Part shown: positions 60,192 to 64,000 of the stretch, in pieces
How positions within the stretch are numbered: position 1 is the first letter of the stretch
Layout of the letters: each line of letters opens with the position of its first letter
NCBI GenBank assembly: GCA_963765205.1
Contig: CAVXVB010000009.1
Location: 1,056,001-1,120,000, forward strand
Direction of reading: 5' to 3'
Length of the DNA stretch: 64,000 nucleotides
DNA from: an uncultured Verrucomicrobiae bacterium
GTDB taxonomy: Bacteria; Verrucomicrobiota; Verrucomicrobiia; Opitutales; JABDGR01
Made by a program: the position numbers and the translations under genes
The notes under the pieces: model-generated
Seen by the model: only the letters and a program-made list of their open reading frames with translations
Told to the model about the DNA's origin: nothing
Database searches by the model: none

Positions 60192-61739
60192 ATGGAAAAA
60201 CGCGCCCTGCTCTCCGTCAGTGACAAATCCGGCCTCGCCGACTTCGCCCGCGCGCTCGCGGGCCGCGGCTACCAACTGCTCTCGACCGGCGGCACAGCGA
60301 AGCTCCTGCGCGAGGCGGGCCTCGCGGTCACGGACGTGAGCGAATACACCGGCTTTCCCGAGATGATGGATGGGCGCGTCAAGACGCTGCATCCCAAAAT
60401 CCACGGCGGCCTCCTCTGCCGGCGCGACCTGCCCGAGCACCTCGCCCAGGCCCAAGCCCACGGCATCGGCCTGATTGATTTGGTCGTGGTCAACCTTTAC
60501 CCCTTCGAGCAGACCGTCGCCAAACCGCATTGTACTTTCGAGGAGGCCATCGAAAACATTGACATCGGCGGCCCCTCGATGTTGCGCAGCGCGGCGAAAA
60601 ACCACGCAGCCGTCACCGTCGTCTGCGACCCCGCAGACTACGTGCGTGTGCTCGCGGCGCTCGATGACGAAGTGCAGTTGGCAGCCCTGCGGCGCGAACT
60701 CGCTCTGAAAGTTTTTCAGCGCACCGGCGCTTACGACACCGCCATTGCGGCCTACCTCGCCGCGCCGCCGGGCGGTGCGCCGGACCTGGATGCCATCGCC
60801 GGCTTCCCCGCAAAATTCACGCTCGGGCTCCCCAAGGTGCAGAACTTGCGCTACGGCGAAAACCCGCACCAGCGCGCGGCGCTCTACGGCTCCTTCGGCG
60901 AATGTTTTGACCAGCTTCAGGGTAAGGAGCTATCCTACAATAATATTTTGGACATCACCTCGGCGGCCTATCTCATCGGCGAATTCGAGAAGCCCACCGT
61001 CGCCATCCTCAAGCACACCAATCCCTGCGGCGTTGCCAGCGCGCCGACCCTCCTCGAAGCCTGGGAGCAGGCCTATGCGACCGACCGCCAGGCGCCCTTC
61101 GGCGGCATCATTGTCGTCAACCGCACGGTGGACGAGCCGCTCGCGAAGGCCATCGCGGAAATTTTCAGCGAAGTCATCATCGCGCCGGGCTTTGACGACG
61201 CGGCGCGCGCAATCTTCGCGAAGAAGAAGAATTTGCGCCTGATGGTGGCGAAATCGAACCTGCGCGCCGAAACGCTGCTCGAACTGCGCAGCGTGGTCGG
61301 CGGCGTGCTCGTGCAGGATCGCGACTACAAGCCTATCAGCCCATCCGCCTGGAAAGTAGTCACCAAGCGCGCGCCGACCGAAGCCGAGTGGGCCGCCCTG
61401 CAATTCGGCTGGCGCGTTGTCCGGCACGTCAAGTCGAACGCGATTGTTTACGCGGCGGCGGAACGCACGCTCGGCGTCGGCGCGGGGCAAATGTCGCGCG
61501 TGGATTCGTCAAAAATCGCCGTCTGGAAAGCGGGTGAGGCCGGCCTGTCCCTGCAAGGTTCGATTGTCGCCTCGGACGCCTTTTTTCCCTTTCCTGACGG
61601 CTTGGTCGCGGCCGCCCAGGCCGGGGCCACCGCCGCCGTGCAACCCGGCGGCTCAATGCGCGACCCGGAGGTCATCGCCGCCGCCGACGCGCACAACCTC
61701 GCCATGGTTTTTACTGGCGTGCGGCATTTTAAGCACTAA
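60192..61739 (+). CDS. purH: Bifunctional AICAR transformylase/IMP cyclohydrolase
   Basis: [51 protein letters not shown]. Confidence 0.98.
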   Translation: MEKRALLSVSDKSGLADFARALAGRGYQLLSTGGTAKLLREAGLAVTDVSEYTGFPEMMDGRVKTLHPKIHGGLLCRRDLPEHLAQAQAHGIGLIDLVVVNLYPFEQTVAKPHCTFEEAIENIDIGGPSMLRSAAKNHAAVTVVCDPADYVRVLAALDDEVQLAALRRELALKVFQRTGAYDTAIAAYLAAPPGGAPDLDAIAGFPAKFTLGLPKVQNLRYGENPHQRAALYGSFGECFDQLQGKELSYNNILDITSAAYLIGEFEKPTVAILKHTNPCGVASAPTLLEAWEQAYATDRQAPFGGIIVVNRTVDEPLAKAIAEIFSEVIIAPGFDDAARAIFAKKKNLRLMVAKSNLRAETLLELRSVVGGVLVQDRDYKPISPSAWKVVTKRAPTEAEWAALQFGWRVVRHVKSNAIVYAAAERTLGVGAGQMSRVDSSKIAVWKAGEAGLSLQGSIVASDAFFPFPDGLVAAAQAGATAAVQPGGSMRDPEVIAAADAHNLAMVFTGVRHFKH

Positions 61740-61750
61740 AATCACGGGCC

Positions 61751-62647
61751 ATGAAGTGTGGCATTCCAGGGATCTGTTTGGCGGCATTTGGCCTGCTTGC
61801 CGGCGCCAATTTTGTTTGGGCTGCCGATGCGCCGGCATTTTCCGGCAAGGCTGGCACGTTTCCCGACGAGAAAATCACCGTCAACGACGAGACGCGCGAG
61901 TATCGGCTGGTCGTGCCGGACACGCTGGACTTGTCGAAGCCCGCGCCCATCGTCTTTGCCTTCCACGGCATGGGCGAGGACAACAAGGACCATTTTGCCA
62001 CGGTCTCGACGCTGCCCGCCCTGGCGGCAGAGCATAAATTCATCCTCGTTTTCCCGGCCGCGGCGGGGCAGATGATTCCAGGGCAAAACCAGGTGGTCAC
62101 GGCTTGGGCGCTGGCGCCGGAGCGGGCCATTGCGGATTTGCGGTTTTTCGACGCGCTACTGGCGAAAATGCAGGCCCAATACCGGATTGACCCGGACGCG
62201 ATTTACCTGACCGGCATGTCCAACGGCGCGTATTTTGCGCACTTGCTGGCGCGCGAGCGGGCGAGCATCATCGCGGCGGTCGCGGCCCATTCGGGCGAGT
62301 TGGGGCAGTTCGACCTCAATTTCATTCAATCCGCCCGCAAGTTTCCTGTGATGATTATTCACGGCGATGCCGACCCGATTTTTAACGTGAGTCTGGCCCG
62401 CAGCGCACGCCTGGTTTACGAAAGCGCCGGCCACCCGGTCACCTACCTTGAGATTCCCGGCTGGGGTCACCAATGGGACCCGCGCGTCGAAGAAAAAATT
62501 TGGGATTTTTTCAGCAAAAGCCGCCTGCATCCCGCCCTGCCGGATGCCAAACCCGCCAGCCCGGCCGCTTCGGCTGGCGCCAGCGCCGCGCCTGTGCAGG
62601 CATCCGCAACGGCATCCGCCTCCGCGCCTTCGTCCGCCCATCCCTAA
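61751..62647 (+). CDS. Secreted esterase (PHB depolymerase/LpqC-like alpha/beta hydrolase)
   Basis: FHG, GMSNG nucleophile, HGDAD, GHQW. Confidence 0.9.
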   Translation: MKCGIPGICLAAFGLLAGANFVWAADAPAFSGKAGTFPDEKITVNDETREYRLVVPDTLDLSKPAPIVFAFHGMGEDNKDHFATVSTLPALAAEHKFILVFPAAAGQMIPGQNQVVTAWALAPERAIADLRFFDALLAKMQAQYRIDPDAIYLTGMSNGAYFAHLLARERASIIAAVAAHSGELGQFDLNFIQSARKFPVMIIHGDADPIFNVSLARSARLVYESAGHPVTYLEIPGWGHQWDPRVEEKIWDFFSKSRLHPALPDAKPASPAASAGASAAPVQASATASASAPSSAHP

Positions 62648-62670
62648 ACTGCTCTTTGCGTCGTTACCCC

Positions 62671-63291
62671 ATGCACCGCCCCGCCCTGAAACATCTGCGT
62701 AGCGACCCCGTGATGAAACGCGTCATCACGCAGGCCGGCCCGCCCACGCTCACCCCCCGCCGGCAACCGACCTTCCAGTCCATCGCACAGGCCATTATCT
62801 ACCAGCAACTCAGCGGGCGCGTGGCCGAGGTGATTCTCGGCCGGTTCAAAAAACTCTTCAGCAAAAACGGTGAGCGCTTCCCCGCGCCGCGCGATGTTCT
62901 CGCCGCCTCGGTGAAAAAACTGCGTAGTGCCGGCCTCTCCGAGGCCAAGGCCAACGCCATTCGCGACCTCGCCCGACGCGCGCGCGACGGCCTCGTCCCC
63001 ACGCTCGCCCAATGCGACGAGCTAACCGACGCACAACTCGTCGAGGTCTTCACCGCCATCAAAGGCGTCGGGCCGTGGACGGTCGAGATGCTCCTGATTT
63101 TCAACCTCGGCCGGCCGGATATTTTGCCCGTGAACGACCTCGGCATCCGGCGCGGCTTTCAAATCGCCCACGGCTTGCGCCAAATGCCCAGCCCGGAGCG
63201 CGTCGCCCGCGACGGGAAAAAATGGGCGCCGCACCGCACTCTCGCTGCCTGGTATCTCTGGCGCGCTGCGGATGGGGCAAAGGGGAAGTAA
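62671..63291 (+). CDS. alkA: DNA-3-methyladenine glycosylase II (HhH-GPD)
   Basis: IIYQQLS, GLS..K, IKGVGPWT.EM, D.LP..DLG, W.P.R..AAWYLW. Confidence 0.92.
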   Translation: MHRPALKHLRSDPVMKRVITQAGPPTLTPRRQPTFQSIAQAIIYQQLSGRVAEVILGRFKKLFSKNGERFPAPRDVLAASVKKLRSAGLSEAKANAIRDLARRARDGLVPTLAQCDELTDAQLVEVFTAIKGVGPWTVEMLLIFNLGRPDILPVNDLGIRRGFQIAHGLRQMPSPERVARDGKKWAPHRTLAAWYLWRAADGAKGK

Positions 63292-63495
63292 GCATTAAAA
63301 TTTAAGCATTAAGAAGTCAGAATGCAGGAGAAAGAAGTCAGGATTCAGAATTCAGATTGTTTGAGTTTTGAAATATTAGATTTGAAATGAGAAACAAGCT
63401 CGGGCTTTTGCCCGTGACTCCCAACCATCGCCATTTATTTGGCTGGCGCTCGTGCATGAAAATATCAATCATCGCCTCCCTCCCAGTCATCCCCC

Positions 63496-63867
63496 ATGAG
63501 CGCCAACACCATTTGTTGGAAGGATATTCCCGTCGTCAATCTTGATCGCGCGATCAAGTTTTATTCCGCCGTGCTCGGCGTGAAGGTCAAAAAGGAATCG
63601 TTTTCAGGCTTCAAGATGAGCCTGCTGCCCCACGAGAGCCAGAACGTCCTCCGCTGTCTCTGCAAACTCAAGGGCAATAAACCCTCGAAAACCGGCCCGC
63701 TGATTTACTTGAGTGTCGGCGCGCGACATGACAAAGCCGAAAAGGCTGCGGCCAAGAAGGGCGGCAAAGTTTTGCAGAAAAAGCACATGATCGGCCCCTA
63801 CGGCTTCCGCTCCGTCATCCTCGACAGCGAAGGTAATCGTATCGCCCTGCATTCAGAGAAGGGTTGA
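63496..63867 (+). CDS. VOC/glyoxalase family protein
   Basis: IPV.NLDRA..FY..VLG...GG........IG.YG......DSEGNRIALHS. Confidence 0.9.
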   Translation: MSANTICWKDIPVVNLDRAIKFYSAVLGVKVKKESFSGFKMSLLPHESQNVLRCLCKLKGNKPSKTGPLIYLSVGARHDKAEKAAAKKGGKVLQKKHMIGPYGFRSVILDSEGNRIALHSEKG

Positions 63868-63894
63868 GGACAGCCGTGGAAAGCGCGGATTTTT

Positions 63895-63966
63895 GACCAC
63901 GGATTGCCCGTATAGCACGGATGGTCATGGCGAAACTCATCCGTGACATCTGGGTCATTCATGGTT
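63895..63966. repeat. Degenerate triplet-unit palindrome (CACGGAT type)
   Basis: ACCACGGAT-TGCCCGTAT-AGCACGGAT ... ATCCGTGAC-ATCTGGGTC-ATTCATGGT. Confidence 0.75.
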
Positions 63967-64000
63967 AAGTATCTCGTGTATGACTTGGACCCCTGTTTTG

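Overview
High-GC bacterial chromosomal window, most consistent with Verrucomicrobiota (Opitutales-like). That assignment is an inference from gene content: hprK-lptB-lptCA linkage, an ECF sigma factor with a C-terminal extension, and a W-x-x-x-D-P helical repeat protein. It is mainly core genome: dnaA with a probable oriC, hprK, lptB/lptCA/lptF, degQ, glnD, ruvC, recF, pheA, scpB, ilvD, hpf, tRNA-Arg(ACG), dusB, ppgK, SMUG1-type UDG, purH and alkA. Small lower-GC accessory inserts are interspersed. Many genes carry single-base indels, mostly in homopolymer runs, which probably reflect sequencing or assembly error. The most notable signals are: (1) a dense population of intergenic elements with conserved period (7-nt tandem tracts; 8/9-nt triplet palindromes) but variable sequence, often inverted or nested; (2) an ECF sigma factor whose lower-GC membrane-anchored C-terminal module has a free-standing paralogue 16 kb away; (3) a GNAT-like two-gene cassette bracketed by a 27-bp duplication of the putative leaderless purH promoter; (4) a RAYT with GTAG REPs and a separate MITE-like nested palindrome; (5) a candidate ~112-nt structured RNA. 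All calls are by eye, and no searches were run.
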